Shown here piece after piece: positions 19,307 to 29,424 of a stretch of DNA of 64,000 nucleotides. The position numbers were made by a program, and so were the translations under genes. Within the stretch, counting starts at the first letter, position 1, and every line of letters starts with the position of its first letter. Source of the DNA: Candidatus Latescibacterota bacterium (GTDB lineage Bacteria; Latescibacterota; UBA2968; UBA8231); assembly GCA_965215195.1 (NCBI GenBank), contig CBDCDC010000002.1:4798219-4862218 (forward strand), given 5' to 3'. The notes below the pieces were generated by a model, which was given only the letters and a program-made list of their open reading frames with translations, made no database searches and was not told the origin of the DNA.

Positions 19307-20944
19307 TTACCAAAATTTGGCGACGTTTTCTTCCGCCTTGGTCATCGCCTCCACCAAAGCGGCGCGGCCTTGGCGGTTGGCCGCGAGGGCGCGTTGGATG
19401 GCCGCTGCCAAGTTCGGGGGGGCTTCGACGCGCTCGGCGTGGGCACCGAGGGCCTCGGCCACCTGTGCGTAGTGGCCACCGAGCCGGTTGCTCTGATAGT
19501 GCTCGCTGGCGTAGGGCATGTGCTGGTCGTAGTGGGTCATTACGCCGTTGTTGAGCACCACCGTGAGAATGGGAATTTCTGCGCGCACAGCGGTCTCTAT
19601 GTCGAGACCCGCCATGCCAAAAGCCGCGTCGCCCATGACGTTGATGACCTGCTTGTCCGGCGCGGCTAACTTGGCCCCCAATGCCAGGCCCAAGCCGTAG
19701 CCGAGCTGAGTCGATTTGCCCCAGCCGATGTACCCTCTGGGGATTTGGGGCCGCCAGAACGGCACGAGCTGATCGCGGGGATAGCCCGAGTCGTGGGTGA
19801 TGATGGTGTTGGGCACATCCACGGCGCGGGCGAGCTCGGCGAAGACCCGGTAGGGGTTTATCGGCACCTCGTCCGAGCGGAATTTAGGAGCCCATGTGGC
19901 GTTGAACTCAGCGCGGATGGCTGCGATCTCGGCCGCAGTCCCGCGCCCATCGGCCCGCCCGTCGGCCCCGAGCTGCCGGCGAACTTCCTCGACGATCTGA
20001 TCCAGCACGATCCGCGCATCGCCGATGGCCCCGAAGTCGATCCGGTAGTCCTTGTTGAGATCCTCGGCGCAGTTGGTCACCTGCGCCAAGACAGCGTCGC
20101 TGGGCATGGGGGCATTGAAGGCCGAGATGGTAAAGCTGGTGCCCACGCCCAAGACGAAATCGGTCTTTTGCAGGAAGCGATCGACCATCAGGGTGCCGGT
20201 GTGGCCGCCAGTGCCCAGCGCGAGCGGATGATTTTCGGGAAATGCGCTCTTGCCGGCCAAGGTGGTCATAACGGGTGCGTTGAGCAGCTCGGCGAGGGCT
20301 ACGAGTTGCTCGGTAGCCTCGGCCCACAGCACGCCGTGCCCGGCGTTGATGACCGGGCATTCGGCCTTGACCAGCGCGGCAACCAAGTCGCGCACCGCGT
20401 CTGGGTCGGCCCCGGACTTGTAGGCTTTGATTGGTTGGTAGTCGAGATCACCGGAGAACTCGGCGGCTCCTAAATCGCTGGGGATTTCCACCAGCACCGG
20501 CCCGGGGCGGCCGTGGGCGAGCTGGCTAAAGGCGCGGCGCATCAGCTCGGGAATGCGCTCAACTTGGTTGATGTTGGCGGCCCATTTGGTAATGCCGCGA
20601 TAGTTGGCCACCGCGTCAAAGTTGGGCGGCACTTGCGTGCGGGCCGTGGGCACGCCGCCGGGTAGGAGCAGCAGGGGAATGGAATCGGCGTACGCCTGAG
20701 CTGCGCCGCCAAGGGCGTTTTCAGCCCCCGGCCCGGTCTGCATGGTGAAGACGCCAAGGGGGTGGCCATTGGTGACGCGGCTGAAGCCGTCGGCCATGTT
20801 GACGCCCGTCCGCTCTTGGCGGCAGATAACGGGCCGAATCCCAGCGCGGGCCGCCTCGTCGATGAGCGACTGGGCGGGAAAAGCCGACAGCCACGCAACG
20901 CCTTCGGCCTTGAGGATGTGGGCAATGGCTTGGTTGCCGTTCAT
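19307..20944 (-). CDS. Thiamine pyrophosphate-dependent enzyme (AHAS-like)
   Basis: RQE...MADG, GPG, GRPGPV, GDAAFGM...NN ThDP motif. Confidence 0.9.
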   Translation of the reverse strand: MNGNQAIAHILKAEGVAWLSAFPAQSLIDEAARAGIRPVICRQERTGVNMADGFSRVTNGHPLGVFTMQTGPGAENALGGAAQAYADSIPLLLLPGGVPTARTQVPPNFDAVANYRGITKWAANINQVERIPELMRRAFSQLAHGRPGPVLVEIPSDLGAAEFSGDLDYQPIKAYKSGADPDAVRDLVAALVKAECPVINAGHGVLWAEATEQLVALAELLNAPVMTTLAGKSAFPENHPLALGTGGHTGTLMVDRFLQKTDFVLGVGTSFTISAFNAPMPSDAVLAQVTNCAEDLNKDYRIDFGAIGDARIVLDQIVEEVRRQLGADGRADGRGTAAEIAAIRAEFNATWAPKFRSDEVPINPYRVFAELARAVDVPNTIITHDSGYPRDQLVPFWRPQIPRGYIGWGKSTQLGYGLGLALGAKLAAPDKQVINVMGDAAFGMAGLDIETAVRAEIPILTVVLNNGVMTHYDQHMPYASEHYQSNRLGGHYAQVAEALGAHAERVEAPPNLAAAIQRALAANRQGRAALVEAMTKAEENVAKFW

Positions 20945-20982
20945 GGGTATGGCGTCCCTTTCCGGGGTTTGTTGTTGGGTCA

Positions 20983-21042
20983 GGGCCGCCACAAGGGACG
21001 GCCCCTACGGGATTTTGTAGGGGCAACCCCCTGTGATTGCCC
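20983..21042. repeat. Inverted pair of GTAG-type REP palindromes (REPIN-like)
   Basis: Minus strand GTAGGGGCCGTCCCTTGTGGCGGCCC (20983-21008) and plus strand GTAGGGGCAACCCCCTGTGATTGCCC (21017-21042). Confidence 0.8.
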
Positions 21043-21086
21043 ACCCGCAAAATTTGCATAGAACGTTGGACACAGACCTAGCTGCG

Positions 21087-22364
21087 TCAAGAGGCTCGCC
21101 GCCCGCGCCCGATGCTCCACCAGACGACCAAGGCCTCCACGGTGTGGCCGCTAATTAAGGCCCCCACGGCCTGGGTCGCGCCGTGGAGGTCGAAATTGGC
21201 AAGCAGGGCCAGCATCAACAAGACGGTCGCCACCCGCGACGGAGCGCTCGGTGCCATGGCTTGGGTGCGGTGCTGGAGCAGGCCAATGCCGTGGAAGTAG
21301 CTGCGCAGGCTGACGACAAAAGGAAAGCCCGTAAACAGGAGCAGGGGCGTCTTGCAGTCGGCGATCAACTCCGGGCCGATGCCGATCCAAGCGCCGAGTA
21401 TGTAGTGGACAGCCGGCGTCCAAAACAGCACCACCATCCACGCACAGGAAAACAGACAACAGCCCCAGCAGAAGCGGCGAATTTTGCCCAAATCCCCTTC
21501 TTGGCGAAAGGCCGTCGGCAGGTTGCGCAGTTCGTTGAGCCAGCCATAGGGGATGTGGCCGAGCGCATAGACGATGGTCAGCACGGCCAGTGCTTGGGTG
21601 CCGTCGGCACTGCGGGCGACGAACACGTTGATCAGCGGCCGGGTGCCGGCCTGCACGGCCATGATCAGGGCCAAGGGCCAAAAGAAGCGCAGGACGTAGA
21701 GGTAAGTCAGGGCCGGTGCCGTAGCTTGAGCAGGCCAGCGCACCAAGCGCCAGCGGCCCCACGCGACCACGCCCAGCTCGGCGAGGGCACCTGTGTACGT
21801 GGCGAGGACCGGCAGTAAGATGGGGGTCTGGCGGACGAAGCCGAGCGGCAGCAGCGCAAAGACCGCGAGGATGCTAAGAGAGATCCCGGTGATGGTGGCG
21901 TAGGCGGGGATGTCGGTGCGGCGGATGCGGATGAGTGCGCCGCTGTAAAAGCGCGTCATCCCGTGCAGGACGGGGAAGGGAACGAGCCACAGCAGGGCCA
22001 CGCGCACGGCCTCCCCGAGCGCGGGATCGACCCCGTGCAGATCGTTGATGATCCAAACCCCCAAAGGCGTCAGGGCCAAGCTGGCTAAAATGCCGGCCAA
22101 TAGCAGCCCGGCCGCGAGCACGAAGCGGCAGCAGACTCGGTAGCCTTGGGTGTGCTCGACGAGGACTAGGCCGAGCTGTCGCACTTGGGACAGAGTGCCG
22201 GAGAGGAATAGAGCCAAGCCAAAGGCCAGGCCAAAGGCGGCCAGCGTTTCGACCGCCCGCGGCATGCGCGCCATGCCGCCGTTGAGGAACTGGCCGCTAA
22301 GCTCTTGCACCAGCGCCGTTACCACTAGGGGCAACATGAAGCGGGTTAGCTGGGCATAGGTCAT
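21087..22364 (-). CDS. MATE/ANKH-like membrane transporter
   Basis: About 12 TM segments; F-LPL...GMAR...ETLAAFGLA pattern. Confidence 0.65.
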   Translation of the reverse strand: MTYAQLTRFMLPLVVTALVQELSGQFLNGGMARMPRAVETLAAFGLAFGLALFLSGTLSQVRQLGLVLVEHTQGYRVCCRFVLAAGLLLAGILASLALTPLGVWIINDLHGVDPALGEAVRVALLWLVPFPVLHGMTRFYSGALIRIRRTDIPAYATITGISLSILAVFALLPLGFVRQTPILLPVLATYTGALAELGVVAWGRWRLVRWPAQATAPALTYLYVLRFFWPLALIMAVQAGTRPLINVFVARSADGTQALAVLTIVYALGHIPYGWLNELRNLPTAFRQEGDLGKIRRFCWGCCLFSCAWMVVLFWTPAVHYILGAWIGIGPELIADCKTPLLLFTGFPFVVSLRSYFHGIGLLQHRTQAMAPSAPSRVATVLLMLALLANFDLHGATQAVGALISGHTVEALVVWWSIGRGRRAS

Positions 22365-22421
22365 CTACGCATCCGAGCGGTTATACGTCCCACAAAAGCG
22401 GCGATGCGGTGTAGATTAACT

Positions 22422-25055
22422 TCAATTGTTCGCCGGGATGATCTTTTCTACTAATTGCTGCCGCATGTCCTTCCCATCAACCATTTTTTCTACGACCACG
22501 AACAGGCCCTTACTGTTGCTTTCCCGCTCCCACAATGCGCCAATGGTCCGCTTTTCGTTGGTATCTGATCCTTCGGCGATATGTGCGCCCTTGTATTCGA
22601 CGACGAGGAGACGACCGTCGTCTAGCAAGGCGACAAAGTCCGGGTAGAATTTGTCTGTTGCGGTGGGCAGCCAAAACGAGTTGGGATGACGCGCTACATT
22701 GCGAATCCAGTACTTCACTACCGACAGACTGTCGATGATCTGAGCGCATTGCACTTCCTCGCCGTCGTCCGCACCGTCAAAGGCGGGAACGCGATCCGGG
22801 CCCAAAAAATGCTTGCGCGGTTTCCAGCTACCGCGATAGTGCCGTTGATCCCAGTACATGTCGTCGGCAAATGTGAAGGCCGTGTCGAACGAGACCGTTG
22901 TGTTGGCCTCGGATTCAAAGAGGTACTGCTGATAGACATTGCTCCGTTCCGCTTGGCGAATGGCCGCGATCTTGTTCTCGATTTTCTTGGCGAGCAGAAA
23001 TTTGCAACGCATTAGCACGGCAATGGACATGCCGCGTGTGTTGAGCAGGTGATCGACTAGTTGGCGCAGCCATTTGAGCAATTCGCTCTGGTGAATATCC
23101 ATCTGGCGCACCTGCCGGTCGAGCCACAGGACGAGCGCCTCGGCGGTCCAGCCTTCGACGGCAATGTCCAGTGCCAATTGCTCCTCTTCGCTGGCGAACT
23201 GGTAGGTGATGCGGTTGCCGTCGAGGTCAATTTCAAAGCTGCGCGCCGTCTCGCGGATAGTGAACTCCTGCTCGTCCATTTTTGGCGAATAACCGGACAG
23301 GGACCAGTCGTGGTATTCCATGAACACATCTGTATCGGCGAATTCTAGGGTGCCCTCGATTTCCGCCATGAGACGCGGAATTTTGAATGGCTGCCCTTGT
23401 TCGACCGGGGATAGGTGCTCTTTGACTGCGGCGCGGTGTTGGGCAATGGCTGTGGCAAATCCTTTTCGCTCCTGCTCGGACAACGTCTTGTAGATTGCCT
23501 GCTCGCGCTCTTGATTGATCCAGCCGGTAAGCGCGATTTCGACCTGTCCTTCAGCGGTTTCGCGCACTAGCAATCCCTCGTGTTCAGCCTCTTTGAGTTC
23601 AGACAGGATTTCCGGGGTTGCCGGGGTCGTATATCTGAATACCGGCTCCAGCTTTTCCTGCGGACCAAACAAGTCTCTCTGAAAGTCAAGTGTGTGCTGC
23701 ACCGGCTCGATATTGTCGAGAGCTTCGTCTTCCTCAAAGCCCATGTCCACCAATTTGTCGGCCAAGGCGCGTGCCGCCTCGCCAAAAGACGGCTCGGACA
23801 GGAAGGCGTAGGCTTTGTTGAGGTCGGCTGTTTGGCGTTGCTTGGCGTAGGGCATCCGCAGTACGCGGCCGAGCAGTTGCTCGACGTCGGTTGCGCTTTG
23901 GATTCGCGATACCGAGCAGAAAATGTAGGCGAAGGAGCAGTCCCATCCTTCTTTGAGCGCCTCGACTGTAATGACGTATTCGATAGGACAGGTGCGGTCG
24001 AACAAGTCGATGCCGTTGAGTTCGCGCTGGTCGCCCGTGGCGATGGCGATTTTACTTTCGGGGATCTGCTCAATATCCATCAGGTGCTTTTTCAGGGCTG
24101 CGACTGTTACCTCTTGGTTTTTCGGCTGGGCTTGGAACAAGACGATGGGACGGATGTAGTCGGCATCGTTCTTGGCGGTCTTGGCAAGCGAAGCACAGGC
24201 GGAGATGGCTCCGCTCACCGCGCTTTGCCAAGCGTCGTGCTCGGCAAGCATGATGGGCAGTTTGATCATTTCCTCGCGCTTGAGTTCTTGGGCGGCGACG
24301 CTGTACAGGATGTTCGACTTGCGCTGTGGGGTCGCCGTGAACTCGACGATGGCACAGGGATTTACCCGCACCTGCATTTCCCGCGTCAGGCCGGTGACCG
24401 CGTTGTGCGCCTCATCGACGATCATCAACGGACGGTGCCGGTGCAGCAGGTTGGCAAAGGAGAATTTGACGGTGCCATTGTCCAGCGTTTCCAAGCCCGG
24501 CGCTGTTTGCGGCACCGCGGCAAAGTGCGGTTCCATATCCTCATTGTGGGCATACACCTTGCGCCCTTCGGTGCTCTTCACCCGCAGCGTTTGAATGGTG
24601 CCGACCACAATGCAGCAGTGGTCGTGCAAGTCGTGCGGGCGGATATGGGTGAAGTCGGCGATGTCGAATACACGCACCCGGCCGTCGAAAGCCTCGTCTA
24701 GCACTTGCCGATAAGCATGGCGGGTGTTTTTCAGGGCTTCGGCTGTCTGCCGGCGGATGGTGTTAGTCGGCACTAGCCACAGCACCAGTGGATAGTCCTT
24801 TTCGATATAGGCATTGCGGGCGATGGAGACAGCGTGGGCGGCGAGGACTGTTTTGCCGCCACCAGTAGGTAAGCGCAGGCAGACGTAGGGAACGCCTGGC
24901 AATTCTTTTAGCGGTGCGTAAGATTCGAGCCGCGTAGTCTGCTCGGGCTCTTTTGTTATAGCTTCGTAGGCGTTTTTGGGACCGGCGATACGCGTTTCCT
25001 CAAAGAAGCGGCGCAGGATGGCGAGGGTGTCGGCTTGATATTGTTTTAGCTGCAT
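22422..25055 (-). CDS. Type III restriction enzyme Res subunit (SF2 helicase + nuclease)
   Basis: PTGGGKT, DEAH, TAT, LKEGWD, QLLGRVLR; C-terminal YPDF...VEYKG. Confidence 0.88.
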   Translation of the reverse strand: MQLKQYQADTLAILRRFFEETRIAGPKNAYEAITKEPEQTTRLESYAPLKELPGVPYVCLRLPTGGGKTVLAAHAVSIARNAYIEKDYPLVLWLVPTNTIRRQTAEALKNTRHAYRQVLDEAFDGRVRVFDIADFTHIRPHDLHDHCCIVVGTIQTLRVKSTEGRKVYAHNEDMEPHFAAVPQTAPGLETLDNGTVKFSFANLLHRHRPLMIVDEAHNAVTGLTREMQVRVNPCAIVEFTATPQRKSNILYSVAAQELKREEMIKLPIMLAEHDAWQSAVSGAISACASLAKTAKNDADYIRPIVLFQAQPKNQEVTVAALKKHLMDIEQIPESKIAIATGDQRELNGIDLFDRTCPIEYVITVEALKEGWDCSFAYIFCSVSRIQSATDVEQLLGRVLRMPYAKQRQTADLNKAYAFLSEPSFGEAARALADKLVDMGFEEDEALDNIEPVQHTLDFQRDLFGPQEKLEPVFRYTTPATPEILSELKEAEHEGLLVRETAEGQVEIALTGWINQEREQAIYKTLSEQERKGFATAIAQHRAAVKEHLSPVEQGQPFKIPRLMAEIEGTLEFADTDVFMEYHDWSLSGYSPKMDEQEFTIRETARSFEIDLDGNRITYQFASEEEQLALDIAVEGWTAEALVLWLDRQVRQMDIHQSELLKWLRQLVDHLLNTRGMSIAVLMRCKFLLAKKIENKIAAIRQAERSNVYQQYLFESEANTTVSFDTAFTFADDMYWDQRHYRGSWKPRKHFLGPDRVPAFDGADDGEEVQCAQIIDSLSVVKYWIRNVARHPNSFWLPTATDKFYPDFVALLDDGRLLVVEYKGAHIAEGSDTNEKRTIGALWERESNSKGLFVVVEKMVDGKDMRQQLVEKIIPANN

Positions 25056-25058
25056 GGG

Positions 25059-26585
25059 TCAGGTGCGCGCTTTGATATCGTAGGGCGTCTGTTTGAAGAC
25101 AATGTCCTCCCGGTCAAGCGTCGCTGGCGTCAAGCGCGACTGCTCGCCATAGACCGTGAGCGGCCCGGCGAAATGGGCATCCTTGCGCGCAATTTCTTCC
25201 CGAATTACAGCGAGTGTTGCACGGGTCAAGACATTGCCTTTGTCGCCGAGGATGCCGTTGTACAGCAGGGCATAAGCGCGACCGTCGTGCAGGCCGAGGA
25301 AAGGCGAATCGCCGTTGCCGCGCCACGGACGCCCGGTCTCGCTGAAATAGACGTGGGCGGCCAGCACGGAAAAGCGAATGTCCGAGCGGATATGCCCTTC
25401 CTCGTCGAACACGGGCGGGCCGAGGCGGTAGAAGCGAAAGCCGCCGCCGCCTTGCCAGCCGACGCTTTTGGAGATGCCGCCTTGTTCGCCTTCTATGACT
25501 TTGTTCAGGCGCGGGACGCAATGGCTGATGGTATGCTCGCCCATTTCAATGCCGATGTAGCGGCGACCCATTTTGTGCGCGACGGCTGCGGTGGTGCCGG
25601 AGCCGAGGAAGGAGTCGAGGACGAGGTCGCCGGGGTTGGTGGCGATGTGGAGGATGCGTTGGATGAGGCGTTCGGGCTTGGGCGTTGGAAAGACATTATC
25701 GAGATTAAATTCCTTGACCTCTTTCTTTGCATCCTGATTATGACCCACCTCAATATGAGGCCATATTGTAACCGGGGTAATGCCATCCTGAGTTTCTGAA
25801 AGAAACTTCTTAATTCTTGGAACATTATTTCCCTTCCTGCCAAACCATATTCGATTGTCCTCGACAAGATCAATAAACCGTTCTTTAGAAAATTGCCAAC
25901 TTCTGCCCTTCGGCGGCCAAAATTCTTTCCCAGATAGATTTTGAATCGGATAAATATATTTTTCATTCGGTGTTTTAACTTGTATAGGCTGTGATGCCCA
26001 CGGCCCTCGGGGATCATCATCAGGATTGGAAAAACCTCCCCTCTGTTCTTCACTTCGAGGAAGCAAGTTGATCTTCCAGTTTTCCTTCCTCTTTGCATGG
26101 ACAACTATATGGTCATGATTATCGCTGAACCACCGCGCATCATTGGCACGAGTGTGTTTTTTTTGCCATACCACATTTGCTACAAAGTTACCCCGTCCGA
26201 AAATTTCATCCATAATGATTTTTAGGTAATGCCCCTCGTCGTCATCAATAATTACCCAGATAGATCCTTCCTCTGTTATCAGTTCACGCAATAATTCCAA
26301 GCGGGGATACATCATCTCCAACCACTGAGCATGTTCCAAATTGTCGTCGTAATGCTCAAAGTCCTTGCGAGTGTTATAAGGCGGATCAATAAAAACGCAC
26401 CTCACCTGTCCGGCGTAGAACGGGAGCAACGCCTTGAGCGCGTCCAGATTGTCGCCTTGGATGAGCATGTTGCCAGCGTCCGGGTCGCCGGCCGACAGGT
26501 CAGGGGCTTCTGCGAGGAGACGATAGGGGACGTGTGAGGCGGCGTGGATGTCGGCGTCGCGTGTTAGCCAGTGTAGGGTCGGCAT
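25059..26585 (-). CDS. Type III R-M Mod subunit (N6-adenine methyltransferase)
   Basis: IQGDNL, DPPYNT, TPKPE, DSFLGSGTT; directly upstream of Res. Confidence 0.92.
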   Translation of the reverse strand: MPTLHWLTRDADIHAASHVPYRLLAEAPDLSAGDPDAGNMLIQGDNLDALKALLPFYAGQVRCVFIDPPYNTRKDFEHYDDNLEHAQWLEMMYPRLELLRELITEEGSIWVIIDDDEGHYLKIIMDEIFGRGNFVANVVWQKKHTRANDARWFSDNHDHIVVHAKRKENWKINLLPRSEEQRGGFSNPDDDPRGPWASQPIQVKTPNEKYIYPIQNLSGKEFWPPKGRSWQFSKERFIDLVEDNRIWFGRKGNNVPRIKKFLSETQDGITPVTIWPHIEVGHNQDAKKEVKEFNLDNVFPTPKPERLIQRILHIATNPGDLVLDSFLGSGTTAAVAHKMGRRYIGIEMGEHTISHCVPRLNKVIEGEQGGISKSVGWQGGGGFRFYRLGPPVFDEEGHIRSDIRFSVLAAHVYFSETGRPWRGNGDSPFLGLHDGRAYALLYNGILGDKGNVLTRATLAVIREEIARKDAHFAGPLTVYGEQSRLTPATLDREDIVFKQTPYDIKART

Positions 26586-26653
26586 GGGTTAGTAAATGTG
26601 CTTTCAGGAGAAAGTTTAAAAATTCTATTAAACGGACCCTAAGGTAGTGTTTT

Positions 26654-27310
26654 CTAGCGTCTCGATCTCGCTACTCTCTCCATCTCTTGAACTTCGTCTA
26701 AACAACAACTCTTGTACTTTGCACCGCTACCACAGGGACAAGGTTCATTTCTTCCAGCTTTATGTCGAGCGATATGGAATATATTCCTTGCGTGTTCCAT
26801 GAATCCCAAATCTCCATGTGAATACTCATCCCACAGATTCTTTCGAGCCGCTTCGATCCCAAACTGATCGGTATATGACATTCGATACAAGAAGGGAATA
26901 ACCAAATCATAAAGAAAACGGGCAATCGTCAGATTTTTCTCACGCGCATACCTAATACCTAAACAGCATGAATCGTCACAGGGGTTAACGTGTAAATCGA
27001 TCTTCTTTACGCCGCATTTCTTCGCAATCGCATTGGATCTTCCACCTATCTCAAACACTGTAGGCCAGCCATTGGGATGTACGGCATCAGTGTCTAGACG
27101 GATCTCAATCTCAAACACGTCGCAAATAACACTATCTGAGTTTCTAATAGTATCATCGCGCTCAAGTCTTTCGATTAGCATCCTTTTGGTTACACCATCA
27201 AAGCAAGCGCAGAAGTCCAATTCTCCAACGATCCTCTGAGCATTTTGATCGTACACCAAACTAGGGAAAGAATATCTCAGCCACTCGACATCGCTATTCG
27301 TCAACTTCAT
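26654..27310 (-). CDS. E2/UBC-like protein fused to a C-terminal SEC-C zinc finger (CBASS ancillary)
   Basis: WPTVFE...LHVNPCDDSCCLG resembles the E2 HPN..C motif; GRNEPCPCGSGAKYKSCC is SEC-C; ATGA overlap with the CD-NTase. Confidence 0.65.
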   Translation of the reverse strand: MKLTNSDVEWLRYSFPSLVYDQNAQRIVGELDFCACFDGVTKRMLIERLERDDTIRNSDSVICDVFEIEIRLDTDAVHPNGWPTVFEIGGRSNAIAKKCGVKKIDLHVNPCDDSCCLGIRYAREKNLTIARFLYDLVIPFLYRMSYTDQFGIEAARKNLWDEYSHGDLGFMEHARNIFHIARHKAGRNEPCPCGSGAKYKSCCLDEVQEMERVARSRR

Positions 27311-28281
27311 CGCGCATACGGCTTCCTAGGCGTTACCGTGACGGTGCCTACCCCTGTTCCTCGACGGCCCCCACTATTCCCACCGCCACCATCACCTCGC
27401 CTTTTCCCAAAACTATCTCCAAACACGTCGCGCCACTTTTCGATGCTGTCATCATGTTCTACGGCATCGAAAGCTTTGTTGATCTTGTCGTTGTAGATTT
27501 TGAACAGAGCCCTGAAGTGAGCGTACTTCTTTTGATCCCAGTGCCGCGTGAAATCTTCTTTCGGTAAGACGGGATTGGTGATCCTCGGCATCACTGGGTT
27601 GCTTTGCAAGAAATCGTTTATGCGATTCGAGACCGTCTTCAGGGCATCAGGCAAAGTTCTGAAGAGGTAGCCATCATTTTCACCATACACGGTGTGACCT
27701 ATAAGCGTGGTCAAGAGAATTGATTTCGCAGTGAAATTCCCCTTGTGGTCTCTGAGATATTTCAAGAGCCTCGTGACCCGTTTGAGGTTTCCGTGTGTGA
27801 CCGTGGTCTTATCGTTGAACCAATCCCTGTACCCTGTTCCATCGGTTGGCTCGAATTTGTTGGTCTCGTTATTGCAGATGTACTGATCCCTGTTTCTCGA
27901 AGGTATGCACGGGACAATGTCTAGGTGGAAATCGCCCGCATAGTCTAGGACCACGCATCTGGTTTTCCGACGCGCTTTCTCCGCATATACCCCGTTTTCT
28001 CTGAGGCATTGGTATAGCTCGTTGATGTAGTCCCTAGGATATTTGCTTATATACTTTATATACAGCAATACGTCGGCATCATATTCTTGGTTCTCTCTGA
28101 CGGGTTTGATGATCGTACGTAGGGCATACGACCCTTGGCGTTCGATCTTTATGTAAGAGTCCAAGTTTCTGGACAAAAATTCGCTGATAGCCTTCACACT
28201 ATCATTTAATCTGTCGAGCCGTGAGGGATTGAGATTTACCTCACCGTCGAGAAAGTCGTTGAAGAACTGAGTATGCTTCAT
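27307..28281 (-). CDS. cGAS/DncV-like nucleotidyltransferase (CD-NTase, SMODS) of CBASS
   Basis: QGSY...EYDADV, FHLDIVP, RLLKYLRD, SILLT, NPV; Gly-rich tail ending PRKPYAR. Confidence 0.88.
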   Translation of the reverse strand: MKHTQFFNDFLDGEVNLNPSRLDRLNDSVKAISEFLSRNLDSYIKIERQGSYALRTIIKPVRENQEYDADVLLYIKYISKYPRDYINELYQCLRENGVYAEKARRKTRCVVLDYAGDFHLDIVPCIPSRNRDQYICNNETNKFEPTDGTGYRDWFNDKTTVTHGNLKRVTRLLKYLRDHKGNFTAKSILLTTLIGHTVYGENDGYLFRTLPDALKTVSNRINDFLQSNPVMPRITNPVLPKEDFTRHWDQKKYAHFRALFKIYNDKINKAFDAVEHDDSIEKWRDVFGDSFGKRRGDGGGGNSGGRRGTGVGTVTVTPRKPYAR

Positions 28282-28367
28282 GTCGAAGATCCTCCTATTG
28301 GGTGTTCTTTATGGTGAATGCTGGAGCGGAATTTACAACAAATGGATGGTAGTAAGCAATTGGTATT

Positions 28368-29351
28368 TTATTCACTGTGGCTACCCCTTTCGATAGCGAG
28401 GAATTCGGCAATCCTTGGTGATTGGTGGGTAAAGATATGGTCCGCCTTTGAGATCCAATCGTCTCGCTTTCGCACATCGTCCAAGGGCAATGGCTGGTCC
28501 GATTCAAAGGTCAACCGAAAAATTTTCTCTGACCTGAGCGGGCTCTCACCCATGAGTAAGCAAAGCATGTTGTGGGCACTTTCGGACTGAAGGTTGAAGA
28601 TAACGTTGATGAACTTGCTGCGCTGCCAGCGAGTCAGCAGGCCCCACCCTTGCCAGCTATAGAGTAAACAGTCTTTCCATTTACCTTGGCTCCGAGGATA
28701 GAATACCTTGCTCTTACCAGTGCCAATGGAGAGGACTCGCACTCTTTTAAGCGGAATTTTGAGGCGATAATGAGCATCAATGATCGCCACGAGAGATGGA
28801 TTATTGGCCCAAAGGCCACCATCAGCGAGTTGGTACTTGTTATCAACTACGACAGGGTCGAAGTACGTCGGAGCAGAGCAGGAGGCTAAGACCGCATCCG
28901 ACACACGCACATTAGGATCCCGAACAAAGTCGTCGTGGTATTTTGTTTTGAAAACATGTACACAACCGTTGCCAATGTCAACGGAAGGTAGGATAAGTGG
29001 GATTTCAACTTGACCCAAAGTCATCTCGCCCAACATTTCCTCAAGGCGCGTCTTGAGGTTTTTACTCGAATATCGGCTCGTGAAAAGCTGTAAGGGACCG
29101 AGACTGGCTCGTAGTCGAGGGGCGAAGATCGCTTTGCCATGAGTTTTATAGAAGTCGGCCAATTGCACGGCCGTCTTGCCACAGGCCAGCCCGGCGGCCA
29201 GAATCGCTCCTGTACTGGTGCCAGCCAATAGGTGAAAGTGGCTTCTCCAATCGAGTTGCCACTCCTCTTCCATTCTTTTTAATAGATGGGCAGCAAAGAG
29301 TCCTCGAAATCCACCCCCATCAATAGCTAGGATGTAAAATGGCTCATTCAC
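28368..29351 (-). CDS. Patatin-like phospholipase, CapV-like CBASS effector
   Basis: DGGGFRG, GTSTG, SAPTYF, DGGLWANNP; GTG start after GGAGG; adjacent to the CD-NTase. Confidence 0.88.
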   Translation of the reverse strand: MNEPFYILAIDGGGFRGLFAAHLLKRMEEEWQLDWRSHFHLLAGTSTGAILAAGLACGKTAVQLADFYKTHGKAIFAPRLRASLGPLQLFTSRYSSKNLKTRLEEMLGEMTLGQVEIPLILPSVDIGNGCVHVFKTKYHDDFVRDPNVRVSDAVLASCSAPTYFDPVVVDNKYQLADGGLWANNPSLVAIIDAHYRLKIPLKRVRVLSIGTGKSKVFYPRSQGKWKDCLLYSWQGWGLLTRWQRSKFINVIFNLQSESAHNMLCLLMGESPLRSEKIFRLTFESDQPLPLDDVRKRDDWISKADHIFTHQSPRIAEFLAIERGSHSE

Positions 29352-29371
29352 GATAATCGCCTCCAAAATTA

Positions 29372-29412
29372 CGCATCAGATCGCGAAAACTGGTAAGCCT
29401 CGATCTGATGCG
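29372..29412. promoter_or_regulatory. Perfect 12-bp inverted repeat with 17-nt spacer
   Basis: cgcatcagatcg (29372-29383) and cgatctgatgcg (29401-29412). Confidence 0.6.
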
Positions 29413-29424
29413 ATACCTCGCCAC

